Source: Oscillospiraceae bacterium
Lineage (GTDB): Bacteria; Bacillota; Clostridia; Oscillospirales; Oscillospiraceae
Length of the DNA stretch: 47,670 nt
NCBI GenBank assembly: GCA_035352555.1
Contig: DAOPXW010000003.1
Span: 1 to 47,670 of the forward strand
Direction: 5' to 3'
The notes below the pieces were generated by a model. That model did no database searches, was not told the DNA's origin, and saw only the letters and a program-made list of their open reading frames with translations. This document shows positions 8,582 to 17,559 of the stretch, piece by piece (the first letter of the stretch is position 1; each line of letters begins with the position of its first letter). Made by a program: the position numbers and the translations under genes.

Positions 8582-9514
8582 ATGAGAACGGTATATCCGG
8601 ATTATTACAGGGACTTTTGCTGTACGGCGTCGGCGTGCCGCCATACCTGCTGCGCCGGGTGGGAGATCGACATCGACAGCGCGTCGATGAGGCGCTACGC
8701 GGCGGCGGAAGGGGACTTGGGCCGGCGGCTGAGAGCCGGTATCGCCGGGGGCGAAAATCCGCATTTCGTTCTCACGGAGGGCGGGTGCTGCCCCATGCTG
8801 AACGACGACGGCCTGTGCGCCGTTCTCCTGGACCTGGGGGAGGACGCGCTGTGCGACATCTGTGCGGAGCATCCGCGCTTCCACACCTTTCTGTCCGACC
8901 GGACGGAGACGGGCTTGGGCCTGTGCTGCGAGGAAGCGGCGCGGCTGCTGCTGAGCCGCCGCGGGCCCATCCGGCTGCTGGGCGAGGGCGGGGAAAAGCT
9001 CACGCGGGGCGAGAAAAAGCTGCTGGGGCAGCGGGCCCTGGCTTTCGGCGTCCTGTGGCGGAACGGCGGACTGCGGGAGCGGCTGGACGATCTGCTGTTC
9101 GTGTTCGGCGCGTCCATGGCGGAGCGGCCCGCCCGGGAATGGGCGGACATCTGCCTGGGGCTGGAGCGGATGGACGGGCGCTGGACGGCGCTGCTGGAGG
9201 GACTGCGGGAGGTGGACGGGGCCGATGTGGCCGAGTTTGACCGCCGATACCCCCAGACGCTGTGCGAATACGAAAATTTGCTCTGGTACTTCTTCTACCG
9301 ACACTTCCTCTCGGCGGCGGACGGCGGCAGCGTCGCGGCTCCGCTGCGATTTGCGGCGGTGTCGTGGCAGATCATCCACGCGCTGGATGCCGCGAAATTC
9401 AAACGCGCCGGGGCCTTTGCTCCGGCAGACCGGGCGGAGCACGCCCGGCTCTACTCCGCGGAGATCGAGTATTCCGATGAAAATATAGAAGCGATGCTGG
9501 AGCTGCTGCAATAA
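8582..9514 (+). CDS. YkgJ/FliB-family CxxCxxCC protein (often annotated as flagellin lysine-N-methylase)
   Basis: N-terminus is DFCCTASACRHTCCAGWEIDID, followed by CCPMLNDDGLCAV. It starts 29 nt after etfA. Confidence 0.7.
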   Translation: MRTVYPDYYRDFCCTASACRHTCCAGWEIDIDSASMRRYAAAEGDLGRRLRAGIAGGENPHFVLTEGGCCPMLNDDGLCAVLLDLGEDALCDICAEHPRFHTFLSDRTETGLGLCCEEAARLLLSRRGPIRLLGEGGEKLTRGEKKLLGQRALAFGVLWRNGGLRERLDDLLFVFGASMAERPAREWADICLGLERMDGRWTALLEGLREVDGADVAEFDRRYPQTLCEYENLLWYFFYRHFLSAADGGSVAAPLRFAAVSWQIIHALDAAKFKRAGAFAPADRAEHARLYSAEIEYSDENIEAMLELLQ

Positions 9515-9551
9515 AAAACTCCGTATTCCGATTGGGAATACGGAGCTTTTT
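9513..9551. terminator. Bidirectional terminator between convergent genes
   Basis: CTCCGTATTCC / GGAATACGGAG stem flanked by an A-run on the left and a T-run on the right. Confidence 0.75.
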
Positions 9552-9559
9552 CTTATTTC

Positions 9560-10771
9560 TTACGCCTCGTCGATGATGCGGTGGATCACGTTGGTGAAGC
9601 GTTTGGCGTTGTACACCACGGGCACGGGGTAGACGGGGTTGGCCTCGTGCAGGGCCCATTCCACCATCTGGGGGATGTCCGACTCCTTGATGAAGCTGAA
9701 GCCGGTGGGGATCTCCATCCGCTTGTTCATGGCCCGGATCTCCGCGATGAAGGACTTGGCCTTATCTTCCTCAGTGCCGGTGAAATTCACGCCGGTGAGC
9801 TCGGCCAGATGGGCCAGTTTCTGATACACGGCGGGGCCGTAATCCTCCAGCACAATAGGCAGGATGACGGCGTTGGCCAAGCCGTGGGGGGTGTTGTACA
9901 GGCCGCCCAGGGTGTGAGCGATGGCGTGGACGTTGCCCACGCCCGCGCGGGTGAAGGCGAAGCCCGCCTTGTAGGCCGCGATAAGCATCTGGGTACGGGC
10001 CTCCATGTCGTTGCCGTCCCGGTAGGCGCGCTCCAGATAAGTAAAGATCTCGCACACGGCCTCCTCCGCCAGACGGATGCTCTCCTCCGTGTTGTAGGTC
10101 CAGCAGACGTAGGCCTCCACCGCGTGAGTCAGCGCGTCCATGCCGGTGGTGGAGGTGGTTTTGGGCGGGAGGTTGCGGGTCATCTCGGGGTCCAGCACGG
10201 CGTAGCGCGGTACCAGGCACAGGTCCATGATGGCATATTTGTGGTGGGTGTCCGAGTCGGTGATGACCGCGGCGATGGTGGTCTCCGATCCGGTGCCTGC
10301 CGTGGTGGGCACGGCAATGAAGGGCGGGATCTTTTTCATGACCTTCAGCAGCCCGGCCATTTTGCCCACTTCCCAGTTGGGATGGACTACCCGTGCAGCC
10401 GCGCCCTTGGCCGCGTCCATGGAGGAGCCGCCGCCGATGGCGATGAAGCCCTGGCAGCCGGTCTCCAGATAACGCCGCTGAATTTTATTGACGGTGTTTA
10501 CCGACGGGTTGGATTCCACCTCGGCAAAGAGCTCATAGGCGATGCCGGCATTGTCCAGCTCCTTGAGGATCATGGGCGCCAGTGTCTTGCCGATGGTGGG
10601 GCCGGTGACCACCATGGCCTTCTTTACGTGGGATTTCTTCAGCAGCTCGGGTATTTTGGCCACGCTGCCGATGCCGGAGACGGGGATTGGCTTGCGCCAG
10701 GGCAGCATCCGTGCGCCGACATTAAAAACGCCCTGAAAAGCGCGATAATAGGCTGTGTTGACCATGTCCAT
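9560..10771 (-). CDS. Iron-containing alcohol dehydrogenase
   Basis: Has the GGGSSMDAAK motif and the metal-binding His block HAIAHTLGG. Start set at MDMVNT (GGAGGG is 9 nt upstream); the track ORF extends to 10840. Confidence 0.9.
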   Translation of the reverse strand: MDMVNTAYYRAFQGVFNVGARMLPWRKPIPVSGIGSVAKIPELLKKSHVKKAMVVTGPTIGKTLAPMILKELDNAGIAYELFAEVESNPSVNTVNKIQRRYLETGCQGFIAIGGGSSMDAAKGAAARVVHPNWEVGKMAGLLKVMKKIPPFIAVPTTAGTGSETTIAAVITDSDTHHKYAIMDLCLVPRYAVLDPEMTRNLPPKTTSTTGMDALTHAVEAYVCWTYNTEESIRLAEEAVCEIFTYLERAYRDGNDMEARTQMLIAAYKAGFAFTRAGVGNVHAIAHTLGGLYNTPHGLANAVILPIVLEDYGPAVYQKLAHLAELTGVNFTGTEEDKAKSFIAEIRAMNKRMEIPTGFSFIKESDIPQMVEWALHEANPVYPVPVVYNAKRFTNVIHRIIDEA

Positions 10772-10917
10772 TTGTAAAATCCCTCCATATTTTTCAATTT
10801 GCCAAAAAATATAATATTCCCGTACCCGGCGTTCAGTCAAGTGCCAAAGCGCATTTTAGCACATTGATGAAAAAAAGGCTAAATGGATGTGCGAAATGTT
10901 CAAACAAAAAACGGGGC

Positions 10918-10963
10918 TTGACATGCCTCGAAAATCTATGTAAACTAAGCATAGATTTCCGAG
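10918..10963 (+). promoter_or_regulatory. Promoter with an overlapping palindromic operator for the PadR operon
   Basis: TTGACA (10918-10923), 17 nt, TAAACT (10941-10946). The inverted repeat CTCGAAAATCTATG (10927-10940) / CATAGATTTCCGAG (10950-10963) matches at 13 of 14 positions and brackets the -10. Confidence 0.55.
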
Positions 10964-10979
10964 GTATTTGGAGGTGCTT

Positions 10980-11330
10980 ATGAAAATTGACAAAGGGTTG
11001 ATGACCGGGAGCACCACGCTGCTGATCCTCAAGCTGCTCTCCGAAGGGGAGAAGTACGGCTATGAGATGATCCGGGAGCTGGCACGCCGCAGCGAGAACG
11101 CCTTTGAACTCAAGGAGGGGACACTGTATCCCATCCTTCACGATCTGGAGGACAAGGGCTGCGTGGAGGCTTTCACGCAGGAAACCTCCGGCGGGCGGCA
11201 GCGCCGCTATTATCGCATCACGCAGAAGGGGATGGGCCTGCTGAGAGATAAGACCGAGGAGTGGCGCTACTTTGCCGGCAAGGTCAATGGCGTGCTGGGC
11301 GGCGCCACCGCGGTGCCGGGACTGGCATGA
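10980..11330 (+). CDS. PadR-family transcriptional regulator
   Basis: Has the blocks YGYEMIREL and LKEGTLYPILHDLEDKG. GGAGG RBS present. Confidence 0.9.
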   Translation: MKIDKGLMTGSTTLLILKLLSEGEKYGYEMIRELARRSENAFELKEGTLYPILHDLEDKGCVEAFTQETSGGRQRRYYRITQKGMGLLRDKTEEWRYFAGKVNGVLGGATAVPGLA

Positions 11331-12118
11331 CGGGCCGGGAGGACGCGGCGGCGTGGTGCGACGCGGCCTGCGCCTATATCCGCTACAAGCCGGACCGCGG
11401 CCCTGTCCGGGAGGAGCTTCTGGGCCACATCGAGGACAAGACTGCGTTTTATGAGGACGGCGGACTGGATGCCGACGCGGCGGAGGAGAAGGCCGTGTCC
11501 GACATGGGCAGCCCCGTTTCCACAGGGCTGCTGCTGCGCAAGACCCACAAGCCCTATCTGGGCTGGTGCCTGACGGCGACAAAGGGAATTCTTTTGCTCA
11601 CGTCAATCCTGACAGTGGCGCTGATGCTTTTTGGCGGCGGGATCGCCAATCTCAGGTCCGCCGCCCTGCAATTGGCCGGCAAACAGCCGGACTACCCTTT
11701 CTGCGACTACAACCGGCAGGTGGCCGGCTACACGCCGGTGGACGCGCTGGTACGGGTAAAACCGTTCCAATGCGGGGACTACGCCTTTTCTGTGGCGGAC
11801 GCCTATCTATGGCGCGGCACCGGGGGCACCGGTGTGGCCGCATTCCGGCTGAATGTGCGCCCCGCGCATTTTTGGCTGGGCACGCCGATGCTCGATCTCT
11901 ACGCCGTGGACGATCTGGGGCGGCAGTATTTTGCCGTCGGCGCGGCGGAGGACGCGTCCGGCCAGCTGGCCGTGACCGCTTACTCAAGGTCGCTGGGCGA
12001 CACCAGCTGCGGCATCACCGTGTGGATGCCGGATCTGCGCGCCAAATGGGTGGAGATCCGCTGCCCCAACAACGACGGCTTTGTGATCCGCCTTGATCTG
12101 CCGGAGGCGACGACATGA
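11327..12118 (+). CDS. PadR-associated membrane protein (permease-prefix-like N-terminal helical domain)
   Basis: ATGA overlap with the padR stop. The N-terminal block YIRYKPDRGPVREELLGHIEDK...SDMGSP resembles proteins that commonly follow PadR. One TM segment. Confidence 0.65.
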   Translation: MTGREDAAAWCDAACAYIRYKPDRGPVREELLGHIEDKTAFYEDGGLDADAAEEKAVSDMGSPVSTGLLLRKTHKPYLGWCLTATKGILLLTSILTVALMLFGGGIANLRSAALQLAGKQPDYPFCDYNRQVAGYTPVDALVRVKPFQCGDYAFSVADAYLWRGTGGTGVAAFRLNVRPAHFWLGTPMLDLYAVDDLGRQYFAVGAAEDASGQLAVTAYSRSLGDTSCGITVWMPDLRAKWVEIRCPNNDGFVIRLDLPEATT

Positions 12119-12927
12119 CAAAGACAAAGAAGAAAAGAGTTTTAAAAATTCTCAGCTGCCTGCTGGGCACGGCGGCGCTGCTGTTCGCGGCATGGATGGG
12201 CACCGGGTATTCGCCGCTGACGGACGCGGGCAAGCTGCACCGTATGGAGCGGCGGATGCTGTTGGCACCCTCGGAGCTGGCGCTGGAAAAAACCGCGCAG
12301 GACGAGTACGGCACCTAGAAGATGGCGGTGGGCGACAACGGCACTCAATACACAGTTATGCAGCTCTGCTATACACCGCAAATCAATCTGCTGAATTGGT
12401 GGGGCGGCTACTCCGACGGTTTTGCTCAGAAAAAGACGGAGCTCAACATTCTCGAGTCAAAATGCCAGAAAATGTTTTGCGTGTGCGCCCAACGGAACTG
12501 CGCTGCCATCGGCGCGGTCCTTTACATTCCCGGCGACGGGGAGAGCAGCACCCCGCTGGTCTTGTCCTGGCAGAGCCCGGGAACCGACAAGGGTGTCTAC
12601 GGTTTTGCCGTGCCGGAACAGACTGATGCCGACGCGGAGCGGCTGACAGAGGCCTACCGCGGGAACCGTCTGGAGCACTGCTACTACCTGGCGGCGCTGT
12701 ACGACGCGGCGGGAAGCGTCACCGCCCTGTATGCCGCCGATCTGGGCACGGCGTCGCAATTTGCGGGCATTCTAAAATTTCCTGAGACAATGATGGCGGG
12801 CTTTATCGCGCCCGATCTCTCCCAGGTGCGCTTCACGCCCGACGGCGAACACGGCGTCGCCATCTCCTTCGGCGACACGCTGATGGTGCCCTTCGACCTG
12901 AGCGATCCTTCGATCTACGTTCAATAG
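12115..12927 (+). pseudogene. Signal-anchored hypothetical protein whose frame is interrupted by one in-frame TAG (12316-12318)
   Basis: Track ORFs 12115-12318 and 12322-12927 share one frame and are separated by a single TAG. The first part has the RBS, an ATGA overlap with the upstream gene, and a signal anchor. The second part has no RBS. Confidence 0.5.
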
Positions 12928-12930
12928 GCG

Positions 12931-12965
12931 AAAAAAACGCGGGGGCGGCGCCCCCCGCGTTTTTG
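12931..12965. terminator. Bidirectional terminator
   Basis: AAAAAAACGCGGGGG ... CCCCCGCGTTTTT. Confidence 0.8.
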
Positions 12966-13901
12966 TTATCCTACGTATTCCTGAATATACTCGTCCAGCT
13001 TGGCGGTGTAGAGCGCCGGGGCGCGGTACATCCCCTCAATGTGCTTCGCGCCGCTGACCACCAGCATTTCCTTGTGGGGCGAGGCGCAGATGCCGTACAG
13101 CTCCTGCCCCATGGTCAGGGGCACGGTCCTGTCGTCCGCGCCGTGGACGAACAGGATGGGCTTTTCCATATGTCTGCAGGCCAGACGGACATCCGTGTCC
13201 GCCAGATCGTAGCCCGCCATGAACTTGTTCACAAAGCGTACGGCACCGAAGGGCAGACGGCGGTGGATGCCCATCATGTGGCTGATGGCCTCCAGCCCGC
13301 TGGTATAGCCGGAATCGCATACGATGAATTTCACCTCGTCCGGGCAGCGGTCGCCCAGGTTGACCACCGTGGCGCCGCCCATGGAAAAGCCGTGGAGGAT
13401 AATGTTGATGTCCCGGCCGTAGTTTTGGCGCAGAATGTCGATCCACTTCAGGCAGTCGCCGGTCTCAAAATAATCGAAGCCGATGAAGCGCCCGCCGGAG
13501 GAGCCGGAGGCCACGTGGTCGTCGCAGAAGATGTCGATGCCCCGGCTGAGATAGTATTCCGCGAAGGGCGCGGCGGTCTCCGCATGGTTGGAGCGGTAGC
13601 CGTGGACCAGATAGGCGATGGTCTTGCTGCGCCCGCTGCCCGCGCGGTAATAGAAACCGTTGAGCAGATAGCCGTTGTCGGAGGCCATGGTCATGACCTC
13701 GTGGGGGCGGCTCTCCATGACCAGCGCCGAACGCTCCCGATCCTCATAAAAGGCGGGCTCGTGGCCGGGCTTTTCCAGCAGAAACCGGGAGAACCTGGAA
13801 CGGGTGCGGTAGAAAACATAGCGGTACAGGTCCGTGACCAACAGTGTCGTCCCCACGGTGGCGGCCGCGGCGGCAGCGGCGAGATAAGTGGACTTTTTCA
13901 T
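12966..13901 (-). CDS. Membrane-anchored alpha/beta hydrolase
   Basis: Has an N-terminal TM segment (MKKSTYLAAAAAAATVGTTLLV) and the nucleophile elbow GFSMGG. GGAGG RBS present. It starts 16 nt after the vWA gene stop. Confidence 0.8.
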   Translation of the reverse strand: MKKSTYLAAAAAAATVGTTLLVTDLYRYVFYRTRSRFSRFLLEKPGHEPAFYEDRERSALVMESRPHEVMTMASDNGYLLNGFYYRAGSGRSKTIAYLVHGYRSNHAETAAPFAEYYLSRGIDIFCDDHVASGSSGGRFIGFDYFETGDCLKWIDILRQNYGRDINIILHGFSMGGATVVNLGDRCPDEVKFIVCDSGYTSGLEAISHMMGIHRRLPFGAVRFVNKFMAGYDLADTDVRLACRHMEKPILFVHGADDRTVPLTMGQELYGICASPHKEMLVVSGAKHIEGMYRAPALYTAKLDEYIQEYVG

Positions 13902-13917
13902 TTTGGACCTCCGTCGC

Positions 13918-15630
13918 TTACAGGTTTTTGATCTGGTTCTGGATGAGCATTCCCACAGTGTCGGCAAGCTGATCGAGGGAATGAATGCGGGCAAAATCCC
14001 GCTCGTAGACCTTTTTGGCCGAGGCCACGTCCTCGTCGTCCCCGGTAAAGACGCACACCACGGCGATGCCGTTCGCCCGCAGGCGGCGGACCTCGAAGGC
14101 GGTGTCCGTGACGCCGGCGTCGGTCTCGTAGGAGATATATTCGTCCTCGCCCGCGCCGCGCATCTTGCGCACGTCGTTGGGTTTCACATCCGAAAGGATG
14201 ATGAGGATGCGATGCTCGTACCGCGACTGCGCCATGAGATAGCCCGCCGCGCGCACGGCCAGCCCATCCCGGTTGCAGCCGTTGGAGACGTAGTCGAAAA
14301 CGGCGTCGTTGCGCTTCGTCTCGTTGTAATCGCGAAAAATGTGCACGATGGTGTAGCCGGTCATGGAGCAGAAAGACATGACCCTGCAGGGAATGCCGCA
14401 TCGGGTCAGGCTCTCCGCAATCATAAAGCCCTGACTGGATACCGTCTCCTGCCTGTATTTCTGGGAGGTGGAGGCGTCCAGCAGGATGTCCACGCTGAGG
14501 TCGCCCATGTTGCTCTGCTCGTCGCGGAGGAAGACCTTGTCGTCGTTCAGGTACGCCGCCCGCCAGACCCTGCCGCCGCTGAGCAGGCCGGAGTTGGCCT
14601 TGACGGGGGAGGGCTGCAGATGCAGCAGCACGGAATTCCGGATGCGCCCGGTGAGCTTTTCCACGGCGATGCGGTTGCGGACGAGGCTGCGCTTGTAATA
14701 GGCCCGGTTCATCTGCACCTGCTTGGCCTCGTGCTCCTTCTGCAGCGCCTCGAAGCCGTTTTGGATGCCCTGCTTCCTTATCGGCTCGCCCCGGGTGAAC
14801 AGCAGATGGCAGCTGGCGTGATTGCCGCAGCACAGCGCCCGCTCGATCTCTGCCACCTGCTGGGGGGAATACAGCGTTCTGCCGTACTTGGTCTCCATAA
14901 AAGCGCGAAGCTCGTCGTCCGACAGGGCGGTGAGCGCCTTTTTCTGCTCGTCCTGTCCGCCGGCCTGGGCCCCGCCGTAGATGTTCTTCGGGTGGTCGGC
15001 AAAGCCGATGAAAAACTTCCGATAGCGCGTCTTGCCTCTGCCGCCGCTTTTGTGGGCGAACAGGGCGGGGGGAGCGCGGCGCTTCAGCCGCTTTTTCTCT
15101 TCCGCGGTCACCCGGAACCATTTTTCAAAAAGCGCGTCGGCCCGCGCCGCGATTTCGTCGGTGGTGAGCTCGGGGGAAAATTCCAGCTCGTTGAGCAGCT
15201 GAAGGTTGTAGCCGTCCAGCTTTGGCTCCAGCCCCAGCACCCGGGAGAAGTGGGCCAGCGCCATCGTCTCGTAAAAACGCAGATAGTCGCCCGCCTTGCC
15301 GGAGGCCAGCACTTCCCGGGCGTATTCCTCCCGCAGCGGGGCCAGTGCCGGACGGGAGGGGGCCTCCCTGGCGAACACGCAGTTCTCCAGCCCCAGCCAC
15401 AGGAGCCCCTCGTAAACGTCGGCGTCCTCATACTGCTGAAAGCCGAGAAAAACCTTTTCCAGCTTGGGATACTCGTAGTGCCGCCGCACCGCGCCGATGA
15501 TGCAGTTCCAGTAGACCTCGGCCCGCCCGCTGCCGTCGTAGGCCTTGAAGTCCGGCGTGAAGCTGTAATCGTGGGCGGCGTTCCATATTATGTTAACCGC
15601 ACGGCGGTTTTGTACGTCGGAAATTTCCAT
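13918..15630 (-). CDS. vWA-domain protein, NorD/CbbO-like
   Basis: Has a C-terminal vWA domain with the MIDAS motif DASTS (DxSxS). TGATG overlap with the upstream AAA+ gene. Confidence 0.85.
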   Translation of the reverse strand: MEISDVQNRRAVNIIWNAAHDYSFTPDFKAYDGSGRAEVYWNCIIGAVRRHYEYPKLEKVFLGFQQYEDADVYEGLLWLGLENCVFAREAPSRPALAPLREEYAREVLASGKAGDYLRFYETMALAHFSRVLGLEPKLDGYNLQLLNELEFSPELTTDEIAARADALFEKWFRVTAEEKKRLKRRAPPALFAHKSGGRGKTRYRKFFIGFADHPKNIYGGAQAGGQDEQKKALTALSDDELRAFMETKYGRTLYSPQQVAEIERALCCGNHASCHLLFTRGEPIRKQGIQNGFEALQKEHEAKQVQMNRAYYKRSLVRNRIAVEKLTGRIRNSVLLHLQPSPVKANSGLLSGGRVWRAAYLNDDKVFLRDEQSNMGDLSVDILLDASTSQKYRQETVSSQGFMIAESLTRCGIPCRVMSFCSMTGYTIVHIFRDYNETKRNDAVFDYVSNGCNRDGLAVRAAGYLMAQSRYEHRILIILSDVKPNDVRKMRGAGEDEYISYETDAGVTDTAFEVRRLRANGIAVVCVFTGDDEDVASAKKVYERDFARIHSLDQLADTVGMLIQNQIKNL

Positions 15631-16544
15631 CAGTCCCTGAAAATATCCCTTGCGGAGAGGGTCCTGGGCATCCGGGCTGCGATGAGATCGGCCACCAGCT
15701 GGCGCTCGAAATCGTCGAAGGATTTGTTGATAATGCCCAGCTCCAGCGCTTTGTACACGCCCAGCCCATTGCGTACCAGCGACAGCGCCGCCAGCAGCCC
15801 GCGCAGATCCAGCGCCTTGGTGGAAATCTCGGAGCTGTCACACTTGTTCCGCAGCTCTTGGAACAGCCCGGCGAACTGCCCGGCGTATTCGTCCGTGAGG
15901 GTGGGGAACTGGGCCAGCAGCAGTTTTCTCAGGTTTTCCTCGGAAATGATCGGCATATTGATGACCATGAAGCGGGAAGCCAGCGCCTCGTTGATCTCGC
16001 GGGTGCCGGCGTAGCCGTAGTTCATGGTGGCGATAAAGCGGGTGGCGGGAGCCAGCTCGATGCGGTCGTAGCCGGGCACGTCGATGATGCGGCGGAAGTC
16101 CAGCGTGGCGTGCAGCACGGCCAAAGACTCGTTTTTGGCCATGTTGATCTCGTCCAGCACGCCGAAGCCGCCGTTTTCCGCGCATTGATAGATGGGCCCC
16201 TTGCGCAGCGAGACTTCGCCGTTTTTGAAGGTATCCGTGCCCACCAGCGAGGCGGCGTCGGTATTGAGATAGAAGGAGATGTCCCAGCCGGGGCGGCCGA
16301 ACACCGCGGACAGATTCTCGGCCAGAACGTTCTTGCCGGTGGCCTTGGGGCCAACCAGCAGCAAATTCTCGCCGGAGAGCAGCGCGGTCAGCGCCTCCTC
16401 CCAGACCTCGCCGCCGTAGTAGCGGTACCTGGGCGCGGGGACGCGGTAGGCGAGCGCGTCGCTCACCGGGTACGCGGCACGAAAATCGCCGATACGGCGG
16501 AGAATATCCTCGCGGATCCCTTCCTGACGCAGAAAATCCAGCAT
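15630..16544 (-). CDS. AAA+ ATPase, CbbQ/NirQ/NorQ (MoxR-class)
   Basis: Walker A is GPKATGKN and Walker B is VLDEINMA, plus ATRFIATMNYGYAGT. Start set at MLDFL (GGAGG is 6 nt upstream); the track ORF extends to 16730. Confidence 0.9.
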   Translation of the reverse strand: MLDFLRQEGIREDILRRIGDFRAAYPVSDALAYRVPAPRYRYYGGEVWEEALTALLSGENLLLVGPKATGKNVLAENLSAVFGRPGWDISFYLNTDAASLVGTDTFKNGEVSLRKGPIYQCAENGGFGVLDEINMAKNESLAVLHATLDFRRIIDVPGYDRIELAPATRFIATMNYGYAGTREINEALASRFMVINMPIISEENLRKLLLAQFPTLTDEYAGQFAGLFQELRNKCDSSEISTKALDLRGLLAALSLVRNGLGVYKALELGIINKSFDDFERQLVADLIAARMPRTLSARDIFRD

Positions 16545-16711
16545 ACTTGGCCTCCAGTCGTTGATTTTTTTTATTATACCTTCATTTGGCGGACAGCGCA
16601 AGGCGAGGGGCGAGAAAAATGCGGCTCGCGCCGCGGGGGACGAAAAATATCCTTTCATTTGCCGCGCCAGGCTGTATAATAGACCTATGTTTTGCAGGGG
16701 GGGTGAAGGCC

Positions 16712-17551
16712 ATGAGGACGATTGCGGCAAAGGAGATCGAGAATGCCGTGGCCAGACTGTGCGTGAAAGCCAACCGAGAGCTGCCGGCGGATGTGGTCCG
16801 GGCCGTCTCCGCAGCGCGGGAAAAGGAGCCTTGGCCCGCGGCGGCGGAGATCTTAAAAATTTTGGAAGACAATACCGCGCTGGCGGGGAAGCGGGGGCTG
16901 CCCATCTGTCAGGATACCGGCCTGGCCTGCGTGTTTGCGGAGCTGGGGCAGGACGTGCATATCGACGGCTGCTTTGAAAACGCCGTCAATGAGGGCGTGC
17001 GCCGGGGCTACGAGGAAGGTTACCTGCGCAAGAGCGTGGTGGGCGACCCACTGCGGCGGGTCAACACCGGGGACAACACCCCCGCCGCCATTACCGTGCA
17101 TCTCGTGCCCGGGAACAAGCTGACCCTCACCGTGGCCCCCAAAGGCTTCGGCAGCGAGAATATGAGCAGGCTGGTCATGCTTAAGCCCTCGGACGGGGAG
17201 GCGGGCATGAAGAATTTCGTGGTGGATACCATGCGGCTGGCCGGGCCCAATGCCTGCCCGCCGGTGGTGCTGGGCGTGGGCATCGGCGGCACCTTCGACA
17301 AGGTGGCGTATCTGGCCAAAAAAGCGCTGCTCCGCCCGCTGGATCAGCCCAACCCCGACCCCTATTACGCGGCGCTGGAGCAATCGCTGCTGGAGGCCGT
17401 CAACGCGCTGGGCGTGGGCCCGCAGGGTTTCGGCGGGGCCGCTACGGCGCTGGGCGTGGCCATCGAGACCATGCCCACCCATGTGGCGGGGCTGCCCGTG
17501 GCCGTGAATGTGAGCTGCCATGTCACCCGCAGGGCGACGGCGGAACTGTGA
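16712..17551 (+). CDS. Fe-S hydro-lyase alpha subunit (class I fumarate hydratase / L-tartrate dehydratase type)
   Basis: Has the PICQDTG block. It is paired with a beta subunit. TGTATAAT (16673-16680) lies upstream. Confidence 0.85.
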   Translation: MRTIAAKEIENAVARLCVKANRELPADVVRAVSAAREKEPWPAAAEILKILEDNTALAGKRGLPICQDTGLACVFAELGQDVHIDGCFENAVNEGVRRGYEEGYLRKSVVGDPLRRVNTGDNTPAAITVHLVPGNKLTLTVAPKGFGSENMSRLVMLKPSDGEAGMKNFVVDTMRLAGPNACPPVVLGVGIGGTFDKVAYLAKKALLRPLDQPNPDPYYAALEQSLLEAVNALGVGPQGFGGAATALGVAIETMPTHVAGLPVAVNVSCHVTRRATAEL

Positions 17552-17559
17552 GGCGGGAG

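Noticed and set aside
13888-16014. 708-aa ORF on the plus strand
   Set aside because: It is antisense to the well-supported vWA and AAA+ genes. Its composition is low-complexity and rich in A, G, V, L and R, with no motifs. This is a typical high-GC antisense artefact.
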